Positions 11,526 through 23,540 of a DNA stretch of 64,000 nt are shown here, one piece after another. The notes beneath the pieces were generated by a model. That model saw only the letters and a program-made list of their open reading frames with translations, was not told the origin of the DNA and searched no databases. The DNA lies in NCBI GenBank assembly GCA_002269645.1, contig NIVC01000200.1, forward strand, positions 310,001-374,000, written 5' to 3'. The DNA comes from Macrostomum lignano (lineage: Eukaryota). Within the stretch, counting starts at the first letter, position 1, and the number at the start of each line of letters is the position of its first letter. Made by a program: the position numbers and the translations under genes.

Positions 11526-12903
11526 ATATTTATAGAATCTACTTATATAGAGCTACTTGATAATCGTATAACTTATTCAAAATCGACACCTAATACGTTC
11601 GTAATACGGTGTTCCAAAAGTAAAAGGGGCCCCATAGTAGCTTCTAAACTTAAAAATTATATACACGCACATGTATATGGGCCAAGCAGTTATGTAAAGT
11701 TTGGGCTCTCAGTCGAATACTTAAAAGAATCTATCAGGCAGAACTTGAAGCCCAGTTTCTGCAGTGCAACGCTTACTTCAACCTAAATTATCTTGGTCAC
11801 AAACTCTAACCAGAGCCGTGGTTTAAAAGCATTTTACTGGTGCCTAAAGTTAGCACATTGTTTCGTTCTGTTTCTGAGTTGAGTTCTGAGTGAAATACTG
11901 AAATGAGTTACAGTTTTTCACGTTTCTGTATCCAAATACCCGTTGGAAAATGATTTATTGCGGAAAATTGGACTGTGCGTCTGGTTGTCGTTTCGTTACT
12001 ATGTGGGTAAATTTGACTGTCCTAACTGCTTTGGAAGGATATTTCCTTATAGAAGGGCTAATAAATTTCTTTTCCAGACCGGTCTCTATCGAACTTATTG
12101 CATCCGCGTCAAAGTATTCGATTTGTCAATTTCAAGACGATGATTAGCGGAAGGCTCAGGATTAAAAAGTATTAGTCGCATGCGAATTCTTAGTTGGCAG
12201 CCGAATATAAAACTCTTATACACCTCTCCTGAGCACACCTGCCGCACCTACTCTCTCCCCACTCATTTCTCAGCCAGCAGTCTTCATTGTTACTGCAGGC
12301 CGCTCTGCACACGCGAGCTTCATCGCACAGCTGCTGGCAAAGTACACCAGACCGCAGGCTGCACACACAGAAACGGAATGAGAAGCGCAGAGACTGCAGA
12401 GCTCAGCTGAGTGCAGCAGGAGTTGCCAGCCGGACCAACTCGGTCTCCGATGCACATTTCCAACATCGAATAGCTCGAAATTCGAATTTCGCACCGCTGC
12501 ACAGACAAACAAAGTTAAATTAATAATTATCTGCAATCGAAAACTCACCCAGAACAGGTACCAGTGTGTGCTCAGTAATTTCTCAGACTGAGCATTCTTG
12601 CAGCTGCAGAGATGCAATTCTGTGACCTGCGATACTGGCACCGATTCAAAGTGTGTGGCACACTGGCTTTTGCAGAGCTCAGCACCCTTGCACTGGCAGC
12701 AGAGGATACTCAGCCCAGAATTCCTTGATCGACACTGAACTCCCTGACTCGAAATCTGACTGCATTTCGCATTTGACAGGTGAGTCGGTTTCTGTTCTCC
12801 CCCTGTTCTCCTCTGTTCTCCCTCTATTCCGACTCTTCTCCCTCTTCTTACCCTAAGGCGTTTCAACTTTTTCTGATTTCAGCTCTTCAAAGGCAATCCA
12901 ACA

Positions 12904-14562
12904 ATGAGCCGCAAAAGCACCAGCGACAGCTCGAGTTCGGAAGCGCCTCCCGCTACCCCAACTCCTCTCTGCATCATCTGCGACCAAGCTGCAGTCGGTG
13001 TGGCTCCGTTCTCCCTCTCCCACATGTGCAGTCAGCACCTCAGTGTCGATGTGGCCAATCTATTCAAGCTCAAGGAGGAGGTCGATGAGCTGCTGCGTGC
13101 CTACTCACAAGAGTCACAAGAGTCACAAGACTCACAATGCGCAGCAGATGCAGCTGGTCGTGCAGCGCTGCTGCGACACCGACAAGACGCTGAGTCGCTG
13201 CGTCGTCTCGCTCTCGACATCCAACAGCAGCTGCAAGAGGTCAATCACAAATTCGATTTGGTACAGCAACACATCGACTCGTTTCGTAGCAGGGTGACGG
13301 GCCAGCTCTCAGGTGTGCTTGAGGCAGTGCGTGTGTGCGAGCGGGACCTCGAGGACGTCTCCAGCTACAAGCAGGAGGTGGCCACGGCGGAGGCTGCAGG
13401 CGACATGGCGGAGCTGCTTCGCCTGGTCCAGTCCATGCACGAATCGCTTGGAGACTTGGAGGCCGACTTTGAGAGGTCAGAGCGCCTGCTCAGAGACCAG
13501 AGCGACAATGAGGAGCTGCAGCTGCGGCTTCTGGGCCAGCTCGAGCGGCTGGTCGGCATTTGTGCGGGACGCAGCGAAGAGGGCGACTGGTCGAGAAACG
13601 CTGCGGTGACTGCGACATCCGAGGAGATAGACAGAGATATAGCTGCTCAGAGAGAGAGACTTTTGGAGCCGATGGTCTTCAGTCACGAGGTGAAGCTGGA
13701 CGGCCTTGTTGAGTGGCTGGCTGTGTGCAGCGACACCAGCGGATTCGTTGGTGACCGCTCAGGCCGTGTGGTTCCTGCCGAGTCAGCGAAATACGGCAGA
13801 AAAACTCTTCCTCAGCCCTGCATCATTGCATCATTCTATTCCAACGAGGATCACCTACTGGTGCTGTCTGTGGACGGCTCACAGAAGCTGCAGTGCCACT
13901 GCGACATCGACTGGACGGAGTACATCTGTGGCCTTCACTGCGACCGTCAGCTGCTGTTCATTGCTCAGGATGACGCAGTGACGGTGACGGACCTGAGTGG
14001 TCGCGCAGTGCGTCGAGTCCGCCCACACGTCAAGGGCTTCGGTAAAATCAGGGGAATCGGCGGCAACGCAGCCTCGGTGTTTGTGTCCAGTAGAAACAAA
14101 ATTGCTGCATTCAGCAAAGCGACTTGGCAGATGGAGACGGTCATCACGCTGTCTCAGCTTCCTCATGCTGATCTGCACAACCTGGCGACTCACGACAGCT
14201 GCATTCTGGTGACAGACTGGATGCACAATCAGGTGCACAGAGTTCGTATCGACACCCAGCAGCTGGTCGCCTCCTTCCCGACTCAGCGTTCCGGCCTCCA
14301 ACAGTTTGCTCATCCATGGGATGTGGCCGTCGACAGCAGAGGCCGCCTGTTCGTGAGTGAATTTTCGGGTTACTCAGTGCGAGCGGTGGCTCCAGACGAC
14401 GGGTCGCTGCTGTGGACTCTGGGGACTTCGGGCGAGAGCGGCAGCGGAGACGGCAGATTCAGGGGTCCATGGGGTCTGGCGGTGGTGACGGGAGGTCCGC
14501 GCGAGCAGCTGGTGGTGGCTGACTGTACCAACAACAGACTGCAGGTGTTCAGTGCATCCTAA
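12904..14562 (+). CDS. TRIM-NHL-like copy a', intact, 552 aa
   Basis: Intronless ORF with the same architecture and 5' region as 737-2386, offset 12167 bp. Confidence 0.8.
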   Translation: MSRKSTSDSSSSEAPPATPTPLCIICDQAAVGVAPFSLSHMCSQHLSVDVANLFKLKEEVDELLRAYSQESQESQDSQCAADAAGRAALLRHRQDAESLRRLALDIQQQLQEVNHKFDLVQQHIDSFRSRVTGQLSGVLEAVRVCERDLEDVSSYKQEVATAEAAGDMAELLRLVQSMHESLGDLEADFERSERLLRDQSDNEELQLRLLGQLERLVGICAGRSEEGDWSRNAAVTATSEEIDRDIAAQRERLLEPMVFSHEVKLDGLVEWLAVCSDTSGFVGDRSGRVVPAESAKYGRKTLPQPCIIASFYSNEDHLLVLSVDGSQKLQCHCDIDWTEYICGLHCDRQLLFIAQDDAVTVTDLSGRAVRRVRPHVKGFGKIRGIGGNAASVFVSSRNKIAAFSKATWQMETVITLSQLPHADLHNLATHDSCILVTDWMHNQVHRVRIDTQQLVASFPTQRSGLQQFAHPWDVAVDSRGRLFVSEFSGYSVRAVAPDDGSLLWTLGTSGESGSGDGRFRGPWGLAVVTGGPREQLVVADCTNNRLQVFSAS

Positions 14563-17066
14563 AATTATTCACAGGCCAAATAAATAATCGATTTTTGGGG
14601 TTTCTGGAGTAATTGATTTGTTGGAGACTGGGTATTTTTGATTGTGTTTATTGAAACAAATTTAAACTTGGATAACTTTTTTGTCTAATAACTGTTTATT
14701 ATGTCCATTATATTCAGAATAAATATTTATTGAATAGAAGCACATTTACCATTACGTATGTACTAATAAAAATAAACGTTGGCCCTCAACACTTCTCTCA
14801 TGGTCTTTTTTTTTCTTGAAGTTTCAGCAGCAGAAATTGGTACCTGATTGTTAAATTGAATTTCAGCAAAAATGGCATGCAGCATGCTTAAATTCTCCTC
14901 ACTCGCTGCAGACTCAGCGCTCGCTTCTGTGTTGCATTTTCCTCAATGGTTTCCTGCTTTGCCTTTTATAGCATGGCATAGGTAGCTTTAGCCATGGTAA
15001 TAAATATTTGACTAGCTTTCAACCTGAGACTGCAGCAGTAGGCGTTCTACCCGTCTGGCTCCTGCTACGAGACCGGCTTTCCAGCTTCTGTTTTGTGGTG
15101 AGGGTGTGAGGCTTTTGTATTTTTCACGCAACCACCCTGGGCGGCTTGTCTCGTACGATAAATAGACGAACGCGAATACAACTTTTACTGTGCTGTTTAT
15201 TCTGTAGGCTCTTGGGCTGAGCTCTTCTATATAGAATACTGCAGTGCTGGCTTCTTTCTTGACTTTGTCTTATGAGGGAATGTCACATGGTTTAACAGTG
15301 AATAGGTTTTACATGAAAAAGTTCCACAGTGAATGGGGATCTGAGCAGTTAATATAATGATGGAGATGGACACCTAAGCAAGATGTCGGTTTTGACCCTC
15401 GCACGGAGGTCAAGGGTGAGTCGAACACGGGCCAGTTGTGAGAAATGGATTAAAATCAGCTACGGCATGACACGCGAACAACGGGCGGCCTTGACCTGTC
15501 CTTGACCGGCGTCGCCAAACCAGCAAATGACGTCACCTGCTTAGCAGCGCTGTGATTGGCTAGAAAAATGTGGAGGGGTTGGGAAACAAGTCACGTGATT
15601 ATTGATGGGAATAGGTTACGGAGATCGGGGTAAACAATGCTGATCTAAAGGTCAGGGTGGGGTGGGTGTACGTGATGAGTGATTGATGATTCATCGGGAA
15701 AAGGGGCTTGGGATCCCTGAGTTGGGACCATGCAGGGTCGCGTCTACAATTGGGGGCTCTTTAACATTGAAAATGAATGAGTGGCTGCCAAAACCGCTGC
15801 TGCATCAGAAGCTGAGGGACTTTAACTGACTTCATGCTGTATAGCGACTGTGGCATGATTGCCAATCACACATGCTGCATAGCGACTGTGGCATGATTGC
15901 CAATCACACATGCTGCATAGCGACTGTGGCATGATTGCCAATCACACATGCTGCATAGCGACTGTGGCATGATTGCCAATCACACATGCTGCATAGCGAC
16001 TGTGGCATGATTGCCAATCAGACATGCTGCATAGCGACTGCGGCGTGATTGCCAATCACACATGCTGCATAGCGACTGCGGCGTGATTGCCAATCACACA
16101 TGCTGCATAGCGACTGCGGCGTGATTGCCAATAAGACATGACAGCAGCTGATTGATCGAATCGCGGGAGTAGAGGCGAAGTCAGAATTTTTCATTTGGTT
16201 GGGATGCCAGATTTTGTCTGTTAAGAGCTGGATTGGTACAAAACAATATACATAAAAATATATCGCCAGTGCATTTAGTGTGTTCGCTAGAAATGGGATT
16301 TTTTTCCACTAAATTTGTCTGCCGTGAGTTGGCTGCAGAAGAAGACCTTCAAACCTTCGAACATTGCGGCGTCACGTCTTCCACCGCATTCTGGGCGATC
16401 CTGCGAGCACTTTAAAGCATTGAAACACCGTTTCTCCAGAGCATGCTAAATGCACTGGCGATACGGCAGATCTACGTTTCTACAGCGGGCTTAATCGGCT
16501 TGGCTGTCGCTCATGCTGCATCAGAGTGCAGCTTCCTCTCCCATTCCAGTGCAGACTTAAAGCCGGCGGGACATACAGCAGAACAGCGATACAGTGCAGT
16601 CAGTAGCAGAGCCAGTGTACAGCCCTACCGCAATATGAATGGAAAGTACTGAACAGGGCGGCTCTCTGCCCGCTGAGTACAGCGAACTGGAGATAAAGAA
16701 TCTGCGATGCTCAATGCCTGCACAGGGCAGACAGACTGGGAGAGAGGAGCTGCATTGTCATTGCGACAGGCTTCTCAGCTCCCCACTATGACCACCTGAG
16801 CAGCTTTAGGCTGATTTGAATTTTGAATCATTATAAAAACACATTTTCTCTAAAATAATCAATAAAAACAAAATTAAACCTCGTCCGACAGCTTTTAATC
16901 TACGTAATTTCATTTAATTTTAACATCAAGTTGAGATCAAACACAAAGTTCTGCGCAGCCGTTTCCTTGGAAGAGGGCACCGATTGAAGCAGATCTGACT
17001 GTGTTTCGCTTTGTGGAAACTCTGCATTGAAAAGAATTTTATAAATAGAAAACTACCTGACAAACA

Positions 17067-18829
17067 ATGAGTCTTGGAGACTCCAGCGACAGCTCGAGTT
17101 CGGACGCGCCTCCCGCTTCCCCAACTCCTCTCTGCATCATCTGCGACCAAGCTGCAGTCGGTGTGGCTCCGTTCTCCCGCTGCCACATGTGCAGTCAGCA
17201 CCTCAGTGTCGATGTGGCCAATCTATTCAAGCTCAAGGAGGAGGTCGACGAGCTGCTGCGTGCCTACTCACAAGAGTCAAAAAACTCAAAAGACTCAAAA
17301 GACTCACAAGACTCACAAGACTCACAAGAGTCACAAGACCACCAAGAATCACAAGAGTCACAAGAATCACAAGACTCACAAGACTCACAAGAGCCACAAG
17401 AGCCACAAGGCGCAGCAGGTGCAGCTGGCCGTGCAGCGCTGCTGCGACCAAGACAAGACGCTGAGTCGCTGCGTCGTCTCGCTCTCGACATCCAACAGCA
17501 GCTGCAAGAGGTCAATCACAAATTCGATTTGGTACAGCAACACATCGACTCGTTTCGTAGCAGGGTGACGGGCCAGCTCTCAGGTGTGCTTGAGGCAGTG
17601 CGTGTGTGCGAGCGGGACCTCGAGGACGTCTCCAGCTACAAGCAGGAGGTGGCCACGGCGGAGGCTGCAGGCGACATGGCGGAGCTGCTTCGCTTGGTCC
17701 AGTCCATGCACGAATCGCTTGGAGACTTGGAGGCCGACTTTGAGAGGTCAGAGCGCCTGCTCAGAGACCAGAGCGACAATGAGGAGCTGCAGCTGCGGCT
17801 TCTGGGCCAGCTCGAGCGGCTGGTCGGCATTTGTGCGGGACGCAGCGAAGAGGGCGACTGGTCGAGAGACGCTGCGGTGACTGCGACATCCGAGGAGATA
17901 GAGATATAGCTGCTCAGAGAGGGAGACTTTTGGAGCCGATGGTCTTCAGTCACGAGGTGAAGCTGGACGGCCTTGTTGAGTGGCTGGCTGTGTGCAGCGA
18001 CACCAGCGGATTCGTTGGTGACCGCTCAGGCCGTGTGGTTCCTGCCGAGTCAGCGAAATACGGCAGAAAAACTCTTCCTCAGCCCTGCATCATTGCATCA
18101 TTCTATTCCAACGAGGATCACCTACTGGTGCTTTCTGTGGACGGCTCACAGAAGCTGCAGTGCCACTGCGACATCGACTGGACGAAGTACATCTGTGGCC
18201 TTCACTGCGACCGTCAGCTGCTGTTCATTGCTCATGTTGATGCAGTGACAGTGACGGACCTGAGCGGTCGCGCGGTGTGTCGAGTCCGCCCACACATCGA
18301 GGGCTTCGGTTACATCAGGGGAATCGGCGGCAACGCAGCCTCCGTGTTTGTGTCCAGTGGAAACAAAATTGCTGCATTCAGCAAATCGACTTGGGAGATG
18401 AAGACGGTGATCACGCTGTCTCAGCTTCCCGATGCTGATCTGCGCAACCTGGCGACTCACGACAGCTGCATTCTGGTGAGAGACAGGAAGCACGATCAGG
18501 TGCACAGAGTGCGCATCGACACCCAGCAGCTGGTCGCCTCCTTCCCGACTCAGAGTTCTCACCTTAAACAGTTTGTTTGGCCATGGGATGTGGCCGTCGA
18601 CAGCAGAGGCCGCCTGTTCGTGAGTGAATTGTGGGGTCACTCAGTGCGAGCGGTGGCTCCAGACGACGGGTCGCTGCTGTGGACTCTGGGGACTCCGGGC
18701 GAGAGCGGCAGCGGAGACGGCAGATTCAGGGGTCCATGGGGCCTGGCGTTGGTGACGGGAGGTCCGCGCGAGCAGCTGGTGGTGGCTGACAGAGGCAACA
18801 GGAGACTGCAGGTGTTCAGTGCATCCTAA
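17067..18829 (+). pseudogene. TRIM-NHL-like copy b', frameshifted, expanded SQE/SQD linker
   Basis: Two overlapping ORFs (17067-17909, 17831-18829). 4-nt deletion at ~17900 (gagatagagatatag vs gagatagacagagatatag). Confidence 0.72.
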
Positions 18830-20329
18830 TTTTGTTCACAGGCCGAATAGTAATCGAAATGTGGGGTTTCTGGAGTGATTGATTTATTGTAGGCCGGGTT
18901 TTTGAGTACAATACTGATGGAATTTTTAATATGTGATGACCTTCTTTGTCTGATAATTGTTTATCTTGCCAGTGAATTCATAACTGATATTTACTGATTA
19001 GAAATTAATAAACATGCATATTTAAAGTAATTAATTTACCCTGAAAAAAACTTAAATAGCACGTATTTCATACTTAATTGATTAAATAATTAAATTAAAC
19101 TTACTTTATACTTTTTACAATGGGTCACTGCTTTGGGTTAAATATGTATAGGCACACGTGTTTTTAGCTTTGGAACGTAGAAATTGATGTGCGAGCAGAG
19201 CACAATTTTCATGTATTGTACATCAAGGCGCTGTCAGAAACTCCGGATGCACTCATCAGCTTTGTGTGAAAAGTAAATGAAAGTCTTTGTAGAGATGACG
19301 GATAAAAAGTACAAATCTTATAGGGCTCTGATGCAGATTAGAAGCTGGCTGCCTGCAAAATGCCTTAAACTGGAGTAGATCTAATCATAGAGATCTAGAA
19401 TTCAGGGACTGCATGAGCTTCATAACTCGTTAATCTCTGGTGCTGCTCCATCAATTCCCAGTCTCTCATCAGCTCCATCAACACCCAGTCTCTCTCATCA
19501 GCTCCATCAATTCCCAGTCTCTCTCATCAGCTCCATCAACACCCAGTTTCTCATCAGCTCCATTAACACCCAGTCTCTCATCAGCTCCATCAACACCCAG
19601 TCTCTCATCAGCTTCATCAACACCCAGTCTCTCATCAGCTCCATCAACACCCAGTCTCTCATCAGCTCCATCAACACCCAGTCTCTCATCAGCTCCATCA
19701 ACACGAAGTCTCTCATCAGCTCCATCAACACCCAGTCTCTCTCATCAGCTCCATCAACACCCAGTCTCTCTCATCAGCTCCATCAACACCCAGTCTCTCT
19801 CATCAGCTCCATCAACACGAAGTCTCTCATCAGCTCCATCAACACCCAGTCTCTCATCAGCTCCATCAACACCCAGTCTCTCACCAGCTCCATCAACACC
19901 CGTCTCTCATCAGCTCCATCAACACAGTCTCCATCTGCCCCGAATTCATCCCCATTGAGTTCATAGTCAAAACCAAGTAGAGAAAACAATTTTTAAATTT
20001 ATGATTGACAATATTTTGAGTAATCACATTTATTAGTAAAATATTCCACAGTGGGATAAAGTGGATTTATTTTGATTATTCGGAATTCAGATTAAAGTTC
20101 ACCTTTGTCACCAACAACTTGAAGGTGAACTGCAGAAAGGCAGGTATAAAATGATCAGTTTTAAGGCAAAGACAGTCACTGATTTGGTGCAGTGTGGTAC
20201 ATCAGAGTTCGCTAGCAGGTGAGGGCGCAAAGGGCGGTGCAGCACAGAAGAGCAGAGAGGAGGACTGACGGCTGCAGTCACTGCCGCTGTGGGCTGTCAG
20301 ATTTATGAGCTGCAGCTGAGCAGTCCTTG

Positions 20330-21820
20330 TCAGTCCACCTTGGCGATCTCCACCATCCTGCCGGCATTGAGGATTTCAATCCAGTAGCCGTCAGGGTCCA
20401 GAATGAAGGCGAGGCCCTTCATCTTGCCGTCGTCCGGCTTCTTGGCGAACTTCACGCCGAGTCGCTCGAAACGCCTGCAGGCCTCGGCGACATCCGGGAC
20501 GCTGATGCCGATGTGGCCGAAGCCGCGGGGGTCCGAGTTGCCGTTGTGGTAGGCCTAGCAATGGGATTGGTGTGGGATGGCAATGGGATTGGCGTGGGAT
20601 GGCAATGGGATTGGTGTGGGATGGCAATAGGATTGGTGTGGGATGGCAATAGGATTGGTGTGGGATATGGCAATGGGATTGGTGTGGGATGGCAATGGGA
20701 TTGGTGTGGGATGGCAATGGGATTGGTGTGGGATGGGAATGGGATTGGTGTGGGATGGCAATGGGATTGGTGTGGGATGGGAGTGGGATTGGTGTGGGAT
20801 GGCAATAGGATTGGTGTGGGATGGCAATGGGATTGGTGTGGGATGGCAATGGGATTGGTGTGGGATGGCAATAGGATTGGTGTGGGATGGCAATGGGATT
20901 GGGACATTGGGACTCAGCAGTCCAGACAATGGGACTCAGCAGTCCAGACACTGGGACTCAGCAGTCCAGACACTGGGATTCAGCAGTCCAGACACTGGGA
21001 CTCAGCAGTCCAGACACTGGGACTCAGCAGTCCAGACACTGGGACTCAGCAGTCCAGACACTGGGACTCAGCAGTCCAGACACTGGGATTCAGCAGTCCA
21101 GACACTGGGACTCAGCAGTCCAGACACTGGGACTCAGCAGTCCAGACACTGGGACTCAGCAGTCCTGGGACTCAGCAGTCCTGGGACTCAGCAGTCCAGA
21201 CACTGGGACTCAGCAGTCCAGACACTGGGACTCAGCAGTCCAGACACTGGGATTCAGCAGTCCAGACACTGGGACTCAGCAGTCCAGACACTGGGACTCA
21301 GCAGTCCAGACACTGGGACTCAGCAGTCCTGGGACTCAGCAGTCCTGGGACTCAGCAGTCCAGACAATGGGACTCAGCAGTCCAGACACTGGGACTCAGC
21401 AGTCCAGACACTGGGACTCAGCAGTCCAGACACTGGGACTCAGCAGTCCAGACACTGGGACTCAGCAGTCCAGACACTGGGACTCAGCAGTCCATAAACA
21501 CACACCTGGTCAGGGTCAGACTCTGTCCCATAGTTGTGCGTCAGCTCCACAGTCCCCGGCAACCTGAACAGGTAGGCGATGCGCTCCGTGTCGCCCTTGG
21601 GAATGCTGGCCTCCTCAGCGTAGCCCATGAAGTACAGCGAGAACGCCATGCTGGGGAAGTCGAACTTGCCGAGCAGCCGCATCCCCAGCACTGAGGAATA
21701 AAAGTCCAGCGACCGGCGAGGGTCCTTGACTCGCAGCATCGTCTGCTGCATGATGAAGCCGCTGGTCTCGGGTGGTGGCGGCTTGCACAGAGCGGCGAGC
21801 TCAGATTTTGATAGGGCCAT
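20330..21820 (-). CDS. GLO1: Glyoxalase I, copy 2; exons 21820-21506 and 20554-20330
   Basis: Same exon sizes (315+225 nt) and motifs as copy 1. The acceptor is TAG rather than CAG, and the intron is 951 bp rather than 335 bp. Confidence 0.93.
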
Positions 21821-22941
21821 GATTGATTGACAGGTGACAGCTGGTTGCTAGGTGGGGGATTGGGGTTGGGATTGGAGTGCTGAATGTGACTGACTGACAC
21901 CTGAATATGGCACTGATTGACACCTAAATATGGCACTGACTGACACCTGAATATGGCACTGATTGACACCTGAATATGACACTGATTGACACCTGAATAT
22001 GGCACTGATTGACACCTGAATATGGCACTGATTGATACCTGAATATGACACTGATTGACACCTGAATATGGCACTGATTGACACCTGAATATGGCACTGA
22101 TTGATACCTGAATATGGCACTGACTGACACCTGAATATGGCACTGATTGACACCTGAATATGGCACTGATTGACACCTGAATATGGCACTTATTGACACC
22201 TGAATATGGCACTGATTGACATCTGAATATGGCACTGATTGACACTAATTATGCTAATAATTATCAAATAAATTGAACACTTAAGGCTTCAGTTTCACAG
22301 TCGCACTGAAGCAGGGAAAAATCTTCCTACAAGCTGCAGTTGCTGCCCAGATGCAGGCACAGCTCGCATGCCAATTTGTATTCAGACTCACCGGCACTGC
22401 AGCAATGCGATAACCGATTGGCTGTGATTGACAGGCAACAGAAATCATGCACTGGTATTGCTCAGCTTTTGACAGAATGCATGAAAATTACAGTAAGGAA
22501 AACGCTACTGACTACTAACAGTAGCAGGGAAGTGACACACCAGCTTAGAAACCTCTCGCAGATTAAAGTACATTTAGACACTAATTAATGATGAGAACAG
22601 TATCAATATGAAAACTTAAACTAATGCAAAAGGACTGGGGTATTCAACAACAGACATGCATATTGAGGACAAATGAAGGTCGATTATTCAAGCCTCTTAG
22701 TTGAAAAGTTGCTACTGTTAGTAACAAAACAGTAACAAAGTACATAACGTACTTATAGATGATAACTTTGACTGACTTACAAAAATCATAACAGCATTTG
22801 TGGCTGATGGGTTAAGCTGCAGATACAGGAGGATGTGCTTGAAATATTTAATGACTTATGAGCTGTTAAAATGCATCGAATCTTTATTAAGCATTCGGGA
22901 CTGAGTGACATGAATATTAGGGTTTCTGAGGCTAAGATTAG

Positions 22942-23482
22942 TCTATCAGATGATCCTCAATCTGGTCACACATCTATCAGATGATCCTCAATCTGGTCAC
23001 ACATCTATCAGATGATCCTCAATCTGGTCACAGATCTATCAGATGATCCACAATCTGGTCATAGATCTATCAGATGATCCACAATCTGGTCACAGATCTA
23101 TCAGATTATCCACAATCTGGTCATAGATCTATCAGATTATCCACAATCTGGTCACAGATCTATCAGATTATCCACAATCTGGTCATAGATCTATCAGATT
23201 ATCCACAATCTGGTCACAGATCTATCAGATGATCTACAATCTGGTCATAGATCTATCAGATTATCCACAATCTGGTCACACATCTATCAGATGATCCACA
23301 ATCTGGTCACAGATCTATCAGATTATCCACAATCTGGTCACACATCTATCAGATGATCCACAATCTGGTCACAGATCTATCAGATTATCCACAATCTGGT
23401 CATAGATCTATCAGATTATCCACAATCTGGTCACAGATCTATCAGATTATCCTCAATCTGGTCATAGATCTATCAGATGATC
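22942..23482. repeat. 31-bp minisatellite after the NCOA5 stop (shorter at 9380-9548)
   Basis: ctatcagatgatccacaatctggtcacagat units. Confidence 0.9.
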
Positions 23483-23540
23483 TACCAGCCAATATCCAAC
23501 AGAAACTGGGCCACAGCAGTCCCCACTGCACCCCACAAGA

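Noticed and set aside
11445-11786. 113-aa ORF with faint GIY-YIG/T5orf172-like YI...VKFG.S pattern at the duplication junction
   Set aside because: Too few conserved residues and a non-ATG start; needs an HHpred hit to support.
1490-18829. DGR-style mutagenesis as the source of NHL variation
   Set aside because: Differences are not adenine-specific, and there is no reverse transcriptase or template repeat.
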